Shown here piece after piece: positions 30,071 through 38,699 of a DNA stretch of 64,000 bases (the stretch's first letter is position 1; every line of letters starts with the position of its first letter). This stretch comes from Escherichia coli. GTDB taxonomy: Bacteria > Pseudomonadota > Gammaproteobacteria > Enterobacterales > Enterobacteriaceae. The notes beneath the pieces were generated by a model that was not told where the DNA came from, ran no database searches, and worked only from the letters and a program-made list of their open reading frames with translations. The translations under genes were made by a program, and so were the position numbers. The stretch lies in NCBI RefSeq assembly GCF_044324875.1, contig NZ_CP172185.1; one strand, given 5' to 3'.

Positions 30071-30180
30071 TTTTTCCTTCCAGGCAGTATGCCACAGGGT
30101 ATGCCATCTGAAACCGGTTTGTATGAGCCTCGATCACATCTTATCAGACAATTTCCGATCTTTGAGCATACAGGGCAAAG

Positions 30181-31023
30181 CTATACTGCCAGCATGTCAG
30201 GATAGTGTCTGACGATAATATCATTCAGTCTGTCAACCAGTTCCGGTTTCCTGAACGTGATATGCGCGGAGCCTTTCCTGAAGTATCTGATGCTGAACAT
30301 CTCATCCTCATAGCATGCTTCACCCTGAACGGACCGGATGTGCTCATCCAGACGAATGAGGATATTGTCCCGGTCAGTGGGTATGGGTTTACCGCTGAAC
30401 AGATACAGTATCCTTTCCAGGTCGGCAAGCCGCCCGGCCTGCGGACCATGGTTCAGACCAAATCCCCACCAGTCCCATTTCACCAGGTTGTTGAGGATAA
30501 TCTTACTGCCGAATTTACAGGGTGACCCGCTGTTGTGCGTCCGGCTCAGTCCTCTGAAGAGGTTGATGACGCCCCGTTCAGCCATTTCATCCCTGTTACG
30601 GTGCAGTTGTTCAGACGTACTCAGGATATTCGCTTCGCTGATTTCCGGAAAATTATCCTCCTCCAGTGAACGGTACCATTCATCACGCGCCTGTGCATCC
30701 ATCAGACTCAGCATCCCGGAGCGTTGCATCAGGTCACGCCAGATTTCACGGTCAAGGTTCCGGGTGATGGCTTTCATTGCGGTTTCCGGTTTTTCCATCA
30801 GCCAGCAGCCACAGCGAAAATCCTGTTTCACGGCCCAGTCCCGGGCCGTTTTACCTCCGATGCTTTCTGTCATTACTGAGATTTCTGCCAGTTGCCGGAT
30901 AAGCCTTTCGGTTTGTTGCAGTGCTTCATTCCGTACCGTCACAACGTGCCGGATACTGGTTGAGCAGATAACGTCCGTATGTCCGTTAAGCGTTTCCGGA
31001 CGGGAGACTGTGATATCAGACAT
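30181..31023 (-). CDS. DUF4942-type protein (often annotated as a methyltransferase-like island protein)
   Basis: 280-aa ORF at the distal end of the CP4-type module. Family assignment comes from recollection of CP4-like island annotation, not from a search. Confidence 0.7.
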   Translation of the reverse strand: MSDITVSRPETLNGHTDVICSTSIRHVVTVRNEALQQTERLIRQLAEISVMTESIGGKTARDWAVKQDFRCGCWLMEKPETAMKAITRNLDREIWRDLMQRSGMLSLMDAQARDEWYRSLEEDNFPEISEANILSTSEQLHRNRDEMAERGVINLFRGLSRTHNSGSPCKFGSKIILNNLVKWDWWGFGLNHGPQAGRLADLERILYLFSGKPIPTDRDNILIRLDEHIRSVQGEACYEDEMFSIRYFRKGSAHITFRKPELVDRLNDIIVRHYPDMLAV

Positions 31024-31119
31024 AACCGATATTCCTTTTTGCAGATAAATGAAAACGCCAGCCGTATTCGGACTGGCGTCAGTGGAATGAATCGTGGTGA
31101 GTGAGATGATGAGTGAGAC

Positions 31120-31317
31120 TCACAGGTTCTGGTGCTGAAGCTGCAGCTGGCGCAGGGTGCGGATATCCTCCCTGGCCTGTTCGATACAGGGCAACAGTGC
31201 TGCCGAATCCGTTTTATCCTCATCGTTGTCGAAGATAATGCAGGAGCCGCAGTCGATATTGTCCTGCAGCCACGCAATCAGAATATCCGGTGCTGTTTCT
31301 GTGGTTAATGATTTCAT
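31120..31317 (-). CDS. DUF957-type small protein
   Basis: 65 aa from ATG 31317 (MKSLTTETAPDILIAWLQDNIDC...QLQLQHQNL), inside track ORF 31120..31704. Recalled as a conserved CP4-island gene. Confidence 0.65.
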   Translation of the reverse strand: MKSLTTETAPDILIAWLQDNIDCGSCIIFDNDEDKTDSAALLPCIEQAREDIRTLRQLQLQHQNL

Positions 31318-31336
31318 ACGGTGTCTTTTGTCCCGG

Positions 31337-31825
31337 TTACCAGTCGAAAGTGGGAAAACCCGGCAGACATTCAGCGCCGGCATCCAGATGAATGAGACTG
31401 ACGCCATAACGCCGGATGAGAGTGACAACCAGACGACGAAACGTTTTTGACAGACCCAGGCGTTTAAGCCGCAGAGCCGGGTACGACCACGCATCAGTAC
31501 GTAACAGATATCCGCTGCCTGTAAAATGAATCCATTCTGATTCGCCGTTGTCATTCGTCTGATGCGACAGCGAGTACAGCCAGGCATTGTCCTGCTCCGT
31601 GATATGTGCGGTACTGCAGCGTATGCCGGTAAGGGCCGCAAATGGTGGCATGCAGTCTGCTGAGGTCCGGTCAGATTCATCAGCAACACGAAGGGAACAG
31701 CCATTATCGCAGACCACGTTAATCAGTTCAGCGAGATTAACACCATCGACGTCAGCGACAATGCGCCCCATGTTCAGTGCCTGTACGTTAACGCTGTCGG
31801 CTTCCAGTGTCAGGGACAGTTTCAT
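31337..31825 (-). CDS. YeeW-like / DUF5983-type protein
   Basis: 162 aa. Its ATG overlaps the cbtA-like stop (ATGA at 31822-31825), suggesting translational coupling. Confidence 0.7.
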   Translation of the reverse strand: MKLSLTLEADSVNVQALNMGRIVADVDGVNLAELINVVCDNGCSLRVADESDRTSADCMPPFAALTGIRCSTAHITEQDNAWLYSLSHQTNDNGESEWIHFTGSGYLLRTDAWSYPALRLKRLGLSKTFRRLVVTLIRRYGVSLIHLDAGAECLPGFPTFDW

Positions 31826-32199
31826 GGTTTCACCTCACAGTGTTTACCCAGGGTGATGTTGTTCACCATTCTGTAGTGGCTGCGGGTCATCAGGCCGGTC
31901 GCCCGGCGGGCCCGGAGAATATCAATGCTGCTGATTAACTGCGATGAAGCTCCTGCGCTGAATCCCGGCTGGTCGGTACGCACCAGCGCGTATTTTTCCA
32001 CAAGAAAGTTCACCGCATCACACAGTGAAATACCCGCCTCAATATGCTGCTCAATCACACGTTCATCGGCGAACGGTGTGTCATTCAGCGTGAGGCCGTA
32101 GTGCTGGTCCAGCAGCCGGGTGAGCAGTGTCTGCCAGATTTCAACCGGAGACGGGCAGCGCGATGTTGCCCGTACGTGTGTGTCGGGGAATGTTTTCAT
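31822..32199 (-). CDS. cbtA: CbtA/YeeV-family type IV toxin
   Basis: Track ORF to 32325 trimmed to ATG 32199. 125 aa, [43 protein letters not shown]..., closely matches recalled YeeV. Confidence 0.9.
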   Translation of the reverse strand: MKTFPDTHVRATSRCPSPVEIWQTLLTRLLDQHYGLTLNDTPFADERVIEQHIEAGISLCDAVNFLVEKYALVRTDQPGFSAGASSQLISSIDILRARRATGLMTRSHYRMVNNITLGKHCEVKP

Positions 32200-32257
32200 C
32201 TTAAGTACTCTGTAACAGGTGATGATAAAGAAGTGCTGTCCGGGGTTATGCGGTGGT

Positions 32258-32623
32258 TCAGGGTGTTGCCGGTGTCGGATAAATGGCGATATACACGTAA
32301 CCACAACTGCCGAGGGTGTCGGCATCGCAGGTCAGCCCTTTCGCATACAGTGTCACGGTATGCTGATGGCGGGGACTGAGTTCACCGCTGGTGAGCATGA
32401 GTTCCAGCTGTTTCATCAGCAGCGGAAAGGCCTGGTCCAGGTGGTACGCATCTGCGTCGCTGAACCGGCCTCTGATACCGGCGCGGTCTGCAAGGTAATG
32501 CAGGCGGTTACCCTCCTGCACCAGACGGGCACCGAAACAGGGCGTCACGGTGCAGGGCAGCCCCCACCAGGGGCGGTCGCTGTTGTCGTCAGGATGCGTT
32601 GTCCCGGTGAGTGTGTCTGACAT
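32258..32623 (-). CDS. cbeA: CbeA/YeeU-family type IV antitoxin
   Basis: 121 aa, [50 protein letters not shown]..., closely matches recalled YeeU. Confidence 0.9.
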   Translation of the reverse strand: MSDTLTGTTHPDDNSDRPWWGLPCTVTPCFGARLVQEGNRLHYLADRAGIRGRFSDADAYHLDQAFPLLMKQLELMLTSGELSPRHQHTVTLYAKGLTCDADTLGSCGYVYIAIYPTPATP

Positions 32624-32673
32624 GATAAAGTCCTCACTGATAATCGGTTAAGAATGGTTTTAACAATGACGGG

Positions 32674-33330
32674 TCAGCCGGCGCGCAGACCGGCTTCGGT
32701 GAAGGTGTATCCGTTGATGAGAAGGGCCTCATCCACGGCGTCGTCTGAGGTCAGCCAGTCGTACTCGTTTTCCAGTTGACTGTATAACCAGAAGGCAAGG
32801 TCCCGCAGGGCGTCACAGACAACGGTTTCCGCGCTGGCTGTCATTGCCTGTCCGGTCGGACTGTCCCGGGTGACGGTGATATCCATGCTGTACGGATGGC
32901 AGTAGTGTCCCCGGTGGCGGATTTCAGCCTGAAGCTGCCGGAAGTTACGCTTCTGCACCGCCTGCAGGGCATCCGCGATACGATGAAGCTCACGGTCCTG
33001 CGGGGCATATTCCCTGATTTTCCGGGGTGCCGCTGGCTGCCAGCGCCAGCGTCCTTCAAAACAGGCTCCGTCCCCCTGGCTGCAGAATCCGCTGAACCAG
33101 ATGCACGGCTCTTCCATAAACCTGCCGTTGCTGAGCCGGATAACACGCTGGCGGAGGGCAATCCCGACAATCTCACAGACCGTCCTGAAGTCCTCATACA
33201 CGTTTTCATACCAGTTGCTGTCAGCATGATGCTGACGGTACCATTCACGGGCCTTCTCCCGTGCTGTGGCGGAAAGTTCATCCGGCGTATACACGGTGGT
33301 GATGATAATTCTGCTCATCCGCATCTCCAC
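32674..33330 (-). CDS. hypothetical protein (218 aa; no family recognised)
   Basis: Long clean ORF with neighbour-like composition, wedged between the DUF987 and cbeA-like genes. Start may be ATG 33318 (MSRIIITTVYTPDEL...). Confidence 0.65.
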   Translation of the reverse strand: MEMRMSRIIITTVYTPDELSATAREKAREWYRQHHADSNWYENVYEDFRTVCEIVGIALRQRVIRLSNGRFMEEPCIWFSGFCSQGDGACFEGRWRWQPAAPRKIREYAPQDRELHRIADALQAVQKRNFRQLQAEIRHRGHYCHPYSMDITVTRDSPTGQAMTASAETVVCDALRDLAFWLYSQLENEYDWLTSDDAVDEALLINGYTFTEAGLRAG

Positions 33331-33334
33331 TGAC

Positions 33335-33556
33335 TCAGTTCAGGGTGACGCTCATCAGCCGGACATACGGGCCAAAACTGTCCTTCCGGCGTTCGGCAAA
33401 CACGGCAAGCACACCGGGGATATCCTGCACTTCACGACCGGTATACGCTTCAGCACTGCCGTGCCAGCGGTATTTACCGGTACAGAACGGAAAAAGACGG
33501 GATGACGGATACTGACGGTGAACGCGCATGGCTTCACCACGGGTGATGATTTTCAT
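33335..33556 (-). CDS. yeeT: YeeT/YkfH/YpjJ-family protein (DUF987)
   Basis: 73 aa, MKIITRGEAMRVHRQYPSSRLFPFCTGKYRWHGSAEAYTGREVQD..., near-identical to recalled YeeT. Confidence 0.88.
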   Translation of the reverse strand: MKIITRGEAMRVHRQYPSSRLFPFCTGKYRWHGSAEAYTGREVQDIPGVLAVFAERRKDSFGPYVRLMSVTLN

Positions 33557-33645
33557 GAGAACAGTCCTCCTGAATGTGAAAGTGAGAAACAGCTGAGAAA
33601 GAGAAACTGAAGTGACAATATGAAGGTGGCTGTGACGGTGACGGA

Positions 33646-34122
33646 TTAAAGCAGACCGTGTTCCGCAAAGGAGAACACCCGGCTGCCACCGACTATCAAA
33701 TGGTCCGGTACCCGGATATCCACCAGGGCCAGTGCCTGTACCAGACGTTCAGTGATAAGGCGGTCTGCCTTACCGGGTGTGACCTCACCGGACGGATGAT
33801 TGTGCGCCAGCACCACGGCAGCGGCATTGTGGTACAGGGCGCGTTTAACCACCTCCCGGGGATGCACTTCCGTGCGGTTGATGGTGCCGGTGAAGAGGGT
33901 TTCACCGGCAATCAGCTGATTCTGGTTGTTCAGGTACAGCACCCGGAACTCTTCCCGCTCCAGTCCCGCCATGTGCAGAATCAGCCATTCCCGTGCCGCA
34001 TGCGTGGAGGTGAAGGCCACGCCGGGTTCATGAAGATGGCGGTCCAGGGTTTTCAGGGCCCGCTGAATGAGGCTGCGCTCGCCGGGCGTCATCGCGCCGG
34101 GCAGAAAGGAAATCTGTTGCAT
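33646..34122 (-). CDS. yeeS: RadC-like JAB-domain protein (YeeS/YkfG/YfjY family)
   Basis: Track ORF to 34164 trimmed to ATG 34122. 158 aa with the JAMM motif HNHPSGEVTPGKAD. Confidence 0.88.
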   Translation of the reverse strand: MQQISFLPGAMTPGERSLIQRALKTLDRHLHEPGVAFTSTHAAREWLILHMAGLEREEFRVLYLNNQNQLIAGETLFTGTINRTEVHPREVVKRALYHNAAAVVLAHNHPSGEVTPGKADRLITERLVQALALVDIRVPDHLIVGGSRVFSFAEHGLL

Positions 34123-34133
34123 AACCTCACTCC

Positions 34134-34607
34134 TCAGTCGATGATGCGCATAATGGCGCTGCATTCCGGATGCTGCAGGGCGTAATCCCGCAGCCGGTAA
34201 TAATGGACCGTCATGGCATAATGCTCCGTACGGCAGGCGTGATGACTGTAGGCCATCAGGCAGGCGGCAATGCCGGCGGCTTCAGGGCTCATTTCCGCGC
34301 GGTTGCCGTTCATGGTGTTAAACAGTGCCCATGTTTCGTCATCATCGTCACCCGGTTCGGGAGCCATAAATGCGCCGCCGTTGTTCAGGGTGTACATATT
34401 CCAGATACCCCCACTGTAGTCTTCACACAGACGGTCCATCCAGCCGAAGATTCGGGGCTCAAGGGTCACCCACTGCGGAATGAGGCCAAAGTGCTGCGGC
34501 CAGAAGCTGATGCGCTGTTCGTCAGGCACTGGGCTGGCAACCAGCTGAGGTGGATTATTCCCGGATGCAGTGGTTGCGGAAACAGAGTCATGCGAAACCG
34601 TTTTCAT
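34134..34607 (-). CDS. antirestriction protein (YfjX/YafX/KlcA-ArdB-like family)
   Basis: Track ORF to 34709 reads through into the IS end. ATG 34607 gives 157 aa (MKTVSHDSVSATTASGNNPPQLV...). Family recalled from CP4 islands. Confidence 0.8.
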   Translation of the reverse strand: MKTVSHDSVSATTASGNNPPQLVASPVPDEQRISFWPQHFGLIPQWVTLEPRIFGWMDRLCEDYSGGIWNMYTLNNGGAFMAPEPGDDDDETWALFNTMNGNRAEMSPEAAGIAACLMAYSHHACRTEHYAMTVHYYRLRDYALQHPECSAIMRIID

Positions 34608-34623
34608 AAGTGAAATCCTTAAG

Positions 34624-34765
34624 TGCAAAATGGCATCTGAATCGATCGCAGTTTGGCATTCGAATCGATCATGATTTGGCATCCATCTCCGATCACAGTT
34701 TGGCATCACAATCGATCACGATTTGGCATGCTTCCGATCATTGATTGGCATCCTGCCAGTCACTC
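34624..34765 (+). repeat. six tandem ~23-bp subterminal repeats at the IS21-family left end
   Basis: TGGCAT cores at 34631, 34654, 34677, 34701, 34724 and 34746 (spacing 22-24 bp), each followed by a (C)GATC(A) motif. Three related units at 37185-37262 lie in inverse orientation. Confidence 0.85.
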
Positions 34766-34825
34766 CGGGAATTAACTCTTTTCACCACAGTCTCCATTGC
34801 CGTGTTTAAACCAGTGGAGACGTCA

Positions 34826-36391
34826 ATGTCCAGAAAGAGAAAATCCAGGAGCACTATGGAAACCTGTTTTAAGATCCTTCAGCTCAAGTTCGACAAGAAG
34901 CTGACTAACCGTTGTATCGGACTGACGTTACACATCAGCGCCTCAACCGTTTTTGAGGTTCTTGCCCGCTTCAAAGCCTCTTCTCTGTCATGGCCATTAC
35001 CTGCTGATATATCCCATGACACGCTGGAGAAACTCATTTTTCCGCCCAAAGACACCTTTGCATCAGAGCTTGTAATGCCTGACATGTTGTACTTCGATAC
35101 GGAAATGAGAAAACCAGGTGTGACGCGGCAACTGTTGTGGATGGAATACAAGGCACAGGCGGGTAACAAAGCGATGGGATACTCGCACTTCTGCCGTTGC
35201 TACCGGGAGTGGAAAAAAACGCGACGTCTCTCCATGCGCCAGGAGCATCGTGCCGGCGAAAAGCTTTTTATCGACTTCTGTGGTCCTACGGTTCCTGTTA
35301 TTAATCCGGACACCGGTGAGATACGCCGCGTGGCAATCTTCGTGGCCGTAATGGGGGCGTCCAACTATACCTACGTTGAAGCGTGCGAAGGTCAGGACAT
35401 GATGTCATGGTTAAATGCCCACAGCCGTTGCCTGACCTTCCTGGGCGGCGTACCGAAGCTGCTCATCCCCGATAACCTCAGAAGCGCAGTGAAAAAGGCC
35501 GATCGATATGAGCCTGTCATCAACGACAGTTATCAGGCACTGGCTGAGCACTATGGCACGGTTATCATCCCGGCCCGACCACGCAAACCTAAAGATAAAC
35601 CAAAAGCAGAAAACGGCGTCCTCATCGTTGAACGATGGCTTCTTGCCCGCATCCGTAATGAAACCTTCCACACGCTCAGGGCGCTGAATGCGCGCCTTAG
35701 GGAGTTACTGACAGACATGAATAACCGGCCAATGAAGGGGTACGGCAATCAAACCCGTGCAGAACGCTTCCGCATACTGGATGCGCCAGCACTCTCTCCG
35801 CTGCCTCTGGCACCTTATGAATACACGGAATACAAAGCTGTGAAGGTTGGCCCTGACTACCACGTTGAATATGCCCGTCACTGGTACTCCGTTCCACACG
35901 AACTGGTCGGTCAGCGTCTGTCACTGAAGGCGGGGCAGTCGGTGGTACAGCTCTGGCACAAGGGGCAGTGTGTGGCGCAACATCCGCGCAGCACACATGA
36001 ATATAAACACACAACCAATCCGCTTCACATGCCAGAGCGCCACCGGCAGCACGGGACATGGACACCGGAACGCCTGATCGAGCAGGGAAAACGTACGGGC
36101 CCGTCCACAGGCCGGGTGGTTGAATCCATGCTGAAGGCAAAACCCCATCCGGAACTGGCTTATCGTGCAGTTCTGGGGCTGCTGGCACTTCAGAAAAAAT
36201 ACGGCCCGGAACGGCTGGAAAAGGCCTGTTACGTTGCCCTGCACTATAACGCCCCTGACAGACGCTTTATCGACAATCTGCTGCGTCACCATCGGGAGAA
36301 CCTGGAGCTTCCATTATCCCGCCAGGGCGAACAACATCCGGCATATGCTTCAGAGCATGAAAACCTGCGTGGTCCGGGCTACTACCACTGA
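34826..36391 (+). CDS. istA: IS21-family transposase IstA
   Basis: 521 aa from ATG 34826. N-terminal HTH and a DDE region (…LFIDFCGPTVPV…LIPDNLRSAV…). Confidence 0.9.
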   Translation: MSRKRKSRSTMETCFKILQLKFDKKLTNRCIGLTLHISASTVFEVLARFKASSLSWPLPADISHDTLEKLIFPPKDTFASELVMPDMLYFDTEMRKPGVTRQLLWMEYKAQAGNKAMGYSHFCRCYREWKKTRRLSMRQEHRAGEKLFIDFCGPTVPVINPDTGEIRRVAIFVAVMGASNYTYVEACEGQDMMSWLNAHSRCLTFLGGVPKLLIPDNLRSAVKKADRYEPVINDSYQALAEHYGTVIIPARPRKPKDKPKAENGVLIVERWLLARIRNETFHTLRALNARLRELLTDMNNRPMKGYGNQTRAERFRILDAPALSPLPLAPYEYTEYKAVKVGPDYHVEYARHWYSVPHELVGQRLSLKAGQSVVQLWHKGQCVAQHPRSTHEYKHTTNPLHMPERHRQHGTWTPERLIEQGKRTGPSTGRVVESMLKAKPHPELAYRAVLGLLALQKKYGPERLEKACYVALHYNAPDRRFIDNLLRHHRENLELPLSRQGEQHPAYASEHENLRGPGYYH

Positions 36392-36407
36392 CAGAAGGAA
36401 CAACAGT

Positions 36408-37163
36408 ATGAGTGATAACCTGTTAAACAAACTGACCCAACTGAAACTCCCGGCGATGGCCGGGAGCCTGATACGGCAGCGGGAAACGCCTCAGACCTAC
36501 GACGAACTGTCGTTCGAGGAAAGGCTGACGCTGCTGGTTGATGACGAGCTTCTGAGCAGGGAAAACAGCCGTGTGGCACGGTTGAGAAAAAATGCCGGCC
36601 TGAAATACCAGGCAACACCGGAAGGGCTGCGCTATCCGGCCTCAAGAGGTCTGCGGGCTGAACAGATGAGAGAACTGCTGAACGGCCACTACATAACCCA
36701 CAGGAAAAACCTGCTGATAACCGGTCCGACAGGATGTGGCAAGAGCTGGATAGCCAATGCGCTGGGCGAACAGGCATGTCGACAGAAACACAGCGTCCGG
36801 TACTGTAGAACCGGGCGATTACTGGAACAACTGGCTCAGGGACGTGTTGATGGCAGCTGGCTGAAATATCTGAAACAGTTGCAAAAAATACAGGTTCTAA
36901 TCCTGGACGATCTGGGGCTGGAACAGTTAAGTAACGCCCAGTGTAATGACCTTCTGGAGCTCATAGAGGATCGTTACGGACAAAGCAGCACGATAGTGGT
37001 AAGCCAGTTCCCGGTAGATAAATGGCATGGTCTGATGGAGAACCCAACAACAGCAGATGCCATCCTGGACAGACTGGTACATAACTCACACCGAGTGGTC
37101 CTTCAGGGAGAGTCACTGAGGAAAAATCCCCCGGTAGTGGAAAGCAGCGAAAAAACGCGTTAA
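36408..37163 (+). CDS. istB: IS21-family ATP-binding helper IstB
   Basis: 251 aa from ATG 36408. Walker A GPTGCGKSW, Walker B VLILDDLG. Confidence 0.92.
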   Translation: MSDNLLNKLTQLKLPAMAGSLIRQRETPQTYDELSFEERLTLLVDDELLSRENSRVARLRKNAGLKYQATPEGLRYPASRGLRAEQMRELLNGHYITHRKNLLITGPTGCGKSWIANALGEQACRQKHSVRYCRTGRLLEQLAQGRVDGSWLKYLKQLQKIQVLILDDLGLEQLSNAQCNDLLELIEDRYGQSSTIVVSQFPVDKWHGLMENPTTADAILDRLVHNSHRVVLQGESLRKNPPVVESSEKTR

Positions 37164-37265
37164 AAAGCGGTAGAAAAAGTTAAGTTCCCGGTTGATCGAA
37201 TGGATGCGAATCGCTGATCGGACTTCGATGCCAATCCGTGATCGAATAGAGCGGAATACGCACTT

Positions 37266-37317
37266 AAGTGAATAAGTGAACAAGTGAATTAAGGAAATAA
37301 GTGAATGAATAAGTGAA
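37266..37317. repeat. AAGTGAA short direct-repeat array
   Basis: AAGTGAA at 37266, 37274, 37282, 37299 and 37311, plus one copy at 34608 on the other side of the IS. Confidence 0.7.
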
Positions 37318-37356
37318 TAAGAGAGAAAAGACAGGGCACTGACAGCGTCGCGTTAA

Positions 37357-38175
37357 TCAGCGCAGGCTCTCCAGCAGCGTTTCCGTCATCACCCACAATG
37401 CGCGGTTGAGCTTAATGTCGGTGTCAATGCTGTGAATGGCCCGGGTGTGGATACGTTTTCCTTTTGCACTGCGCCCCTGAAGACCACCCTTGAGCATATT
37501 CTCCTGGATGGTCTGATAAGCACTCCACAGGTCCTTACCGTAATCCTCCCGGCGTCGTGGCGTCAGAATGTCAGCGGTGGTGACGGGCTGATGTTCGTCA
37601 CCATAACGGTAAGTCAGGGCGGCCTGTGCCAGCGCTTGGCGAGCCGGTGGTGGTAAAATCAGCGACTGCATGGCATCACGCTTCTCCTCAATCCGGTCAA
37701 AAACCCCCACCACTTCGTAAGCCCCTTCGATGACCCTGTCCACCACGTTTCCCCGGTGTGGCACACGCACCTCTCCGAGAGACTGACCGCAGACGCACCC
37801 GTTCTGACACACGAACCGGAAGTAACCCGGCAGCATCTGGTAGCTGGAGGTACCGTCATGGGAGTTGAGCAGAATGATTTCCGGGACATGCTGCCCGTTT
37901 ATCTCCCCGTCACGGCGCAGACGCAGCATGTGCTTTGTGTATCCCCGACGTCCCGGGTCCCGCACGCGGGTCTGGCAGGCAAAGAAGGGCTGAAAGCCTT
38001 CCCGCTGCAGGCTTTCCAGCACGGTAATGGTGGGGATGTATGTATAGTTCCGGCTCCGGGAGGTGTGCTTATCTTCCCCGAAAATCCCGGGCACATGGTG
38101 CATCAGTTCTTCATGTGTCAGCGGACGGTCACGGCGTATCTGGTTCGCATAACCAAAACGACTGGCTAATCGCAT
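37357..38175 (-). CDS. DUF932 / UPF0380 protein (YfjQ/YafZ family)
   Basis: 272 aa, MRLASRFGYANQIRRDRPLTHEELMHHVPGIFGEDKH.... Family recalled from CP4-6 and CP4-57. Confidence 0.85.
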   Translation of the reverse strand: MRLASRFGYANQIRRDRPLTHEELMHHVPGIFGEDKHTSRSRNYTYIPTITVLESLQREGFQPFFACQTRVRDPGRRGYTKHMLRLRRDGEINGQHVPEIILLNSHDGTSSYQMLPGYFRFVCQNGCVCGQSLGEVRVPHRGNVVDRVIEGAYEVVGVFDRIEEKRDAMQSLILPPPARQALAQAALTYRYGDEHQPVTTADILTPRRREDYGKDLWSAYQTIQENMLKGGLQGRSAKGKRIHTRAIHSIDTDIKLNRALWVMTETLLESLR

Positions 38176-38218
38176 ACTTTGCTCCTTATCAGTGGTTAAG
38201 ACTGACTGACGTAATCAA

Positions 38219-38251
38219 TGAAAAAGCCGCGTCTCCCGGAGAAGACGCGGC
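38219..38251 (-). terminator. rho-independent terminator (- strand)
   Basis: GCCGCGTCT-cccggaga-AGACGCGGC with an A-run on the + strand (a U-run on the - strand transcript). Confidence 0.65.
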
Positions 38252-38699
38252 CTGATGGATGAAATGAATGAGGGTTTACCGAAGTCCTTCAGCATTGAGG
38301 TGAAGCCGCCGGAAATGTGTTCCCGGGTCATCTTCGATAAATACATTGCGGTAAGCTGTTATGGCAGAAACCGCCTGCACGTGTGAGAAAGGTCTTCGCT
38401 TAAGACGTACTCTGTGTGATCCGGTATTTCTGGTTTCTCCTGATTAATAGCCTCTGCCACAAAGTGTGGAAGAGGCTGAATCATGGTATTTACTTCTTTC
38501 ATCATGGTGGTATTCCGGTGTATTAACCGGGATCTGATTCCGGAAAATAAGGAATAAACGTAAAGGAGCAGAATGCTCGTTATGCCAGACACGCAGGGGG
38601 TAATGCCTCTTCCGGGTGGTTAACCATATTGCCGGGATGTGATGCTTCATATTCCATAACAGAGCGTTGCCTGATGATACTGACTACCAGTGGTTTGAT

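Larger units (their letters stand above)
34624..37262 (+). mobile_element. IS21-family insertion sequence (2639 bp) with istA/istB
   Basis: Ends TGCAAAATGGCATC... and ...GAGCGGAATACGCA. The element is flanked on both sides by CTTAAG (34618-34623 and 37263-37268). It has multiple subterminal repeats. Confidence 0.9.

Noticed and set aside
30338-31048. 236-aa + strand ORF opposite the DUF4942-type gene
   Set aside because: The Ser/Arg/Cys-rich translation is typical of an antisense frame, whereas the - strand ORF has balanced composition and fits the island gene order.
31024-31119. Small hairpin (ACGCCAG...CTGGCGT) and GAGTGAGA direct repeat between the DUF957 and DUF4942 genes
   Set aside because: The stem is short (7 bp) and the repeats are short in a 96-nt intergenic spacer. 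This is insufficient to call a terminator or a binding site.
34624-34765. Regularly spaced 23-bp repeats that could be mistaken for a CRISPR-like array
   Set aside because: The units are contiguous with no spacers, they sit at the terminus of an IS21-family element, and related inverted units occur at the other end. No cas genes are present. They are transposase-binding repeats.
38257-38650. Small - strand ORFs between the DUF932 gene and the 75-aa ORF (38359..38592, 38444..38650, and a 43-codon ORF from about 38322 that ends inside the terminator hairpin)
   Set aside because: They overlap one another, have no recognisable family, and have poor start contexts. I cannot decide which, if any, is real.
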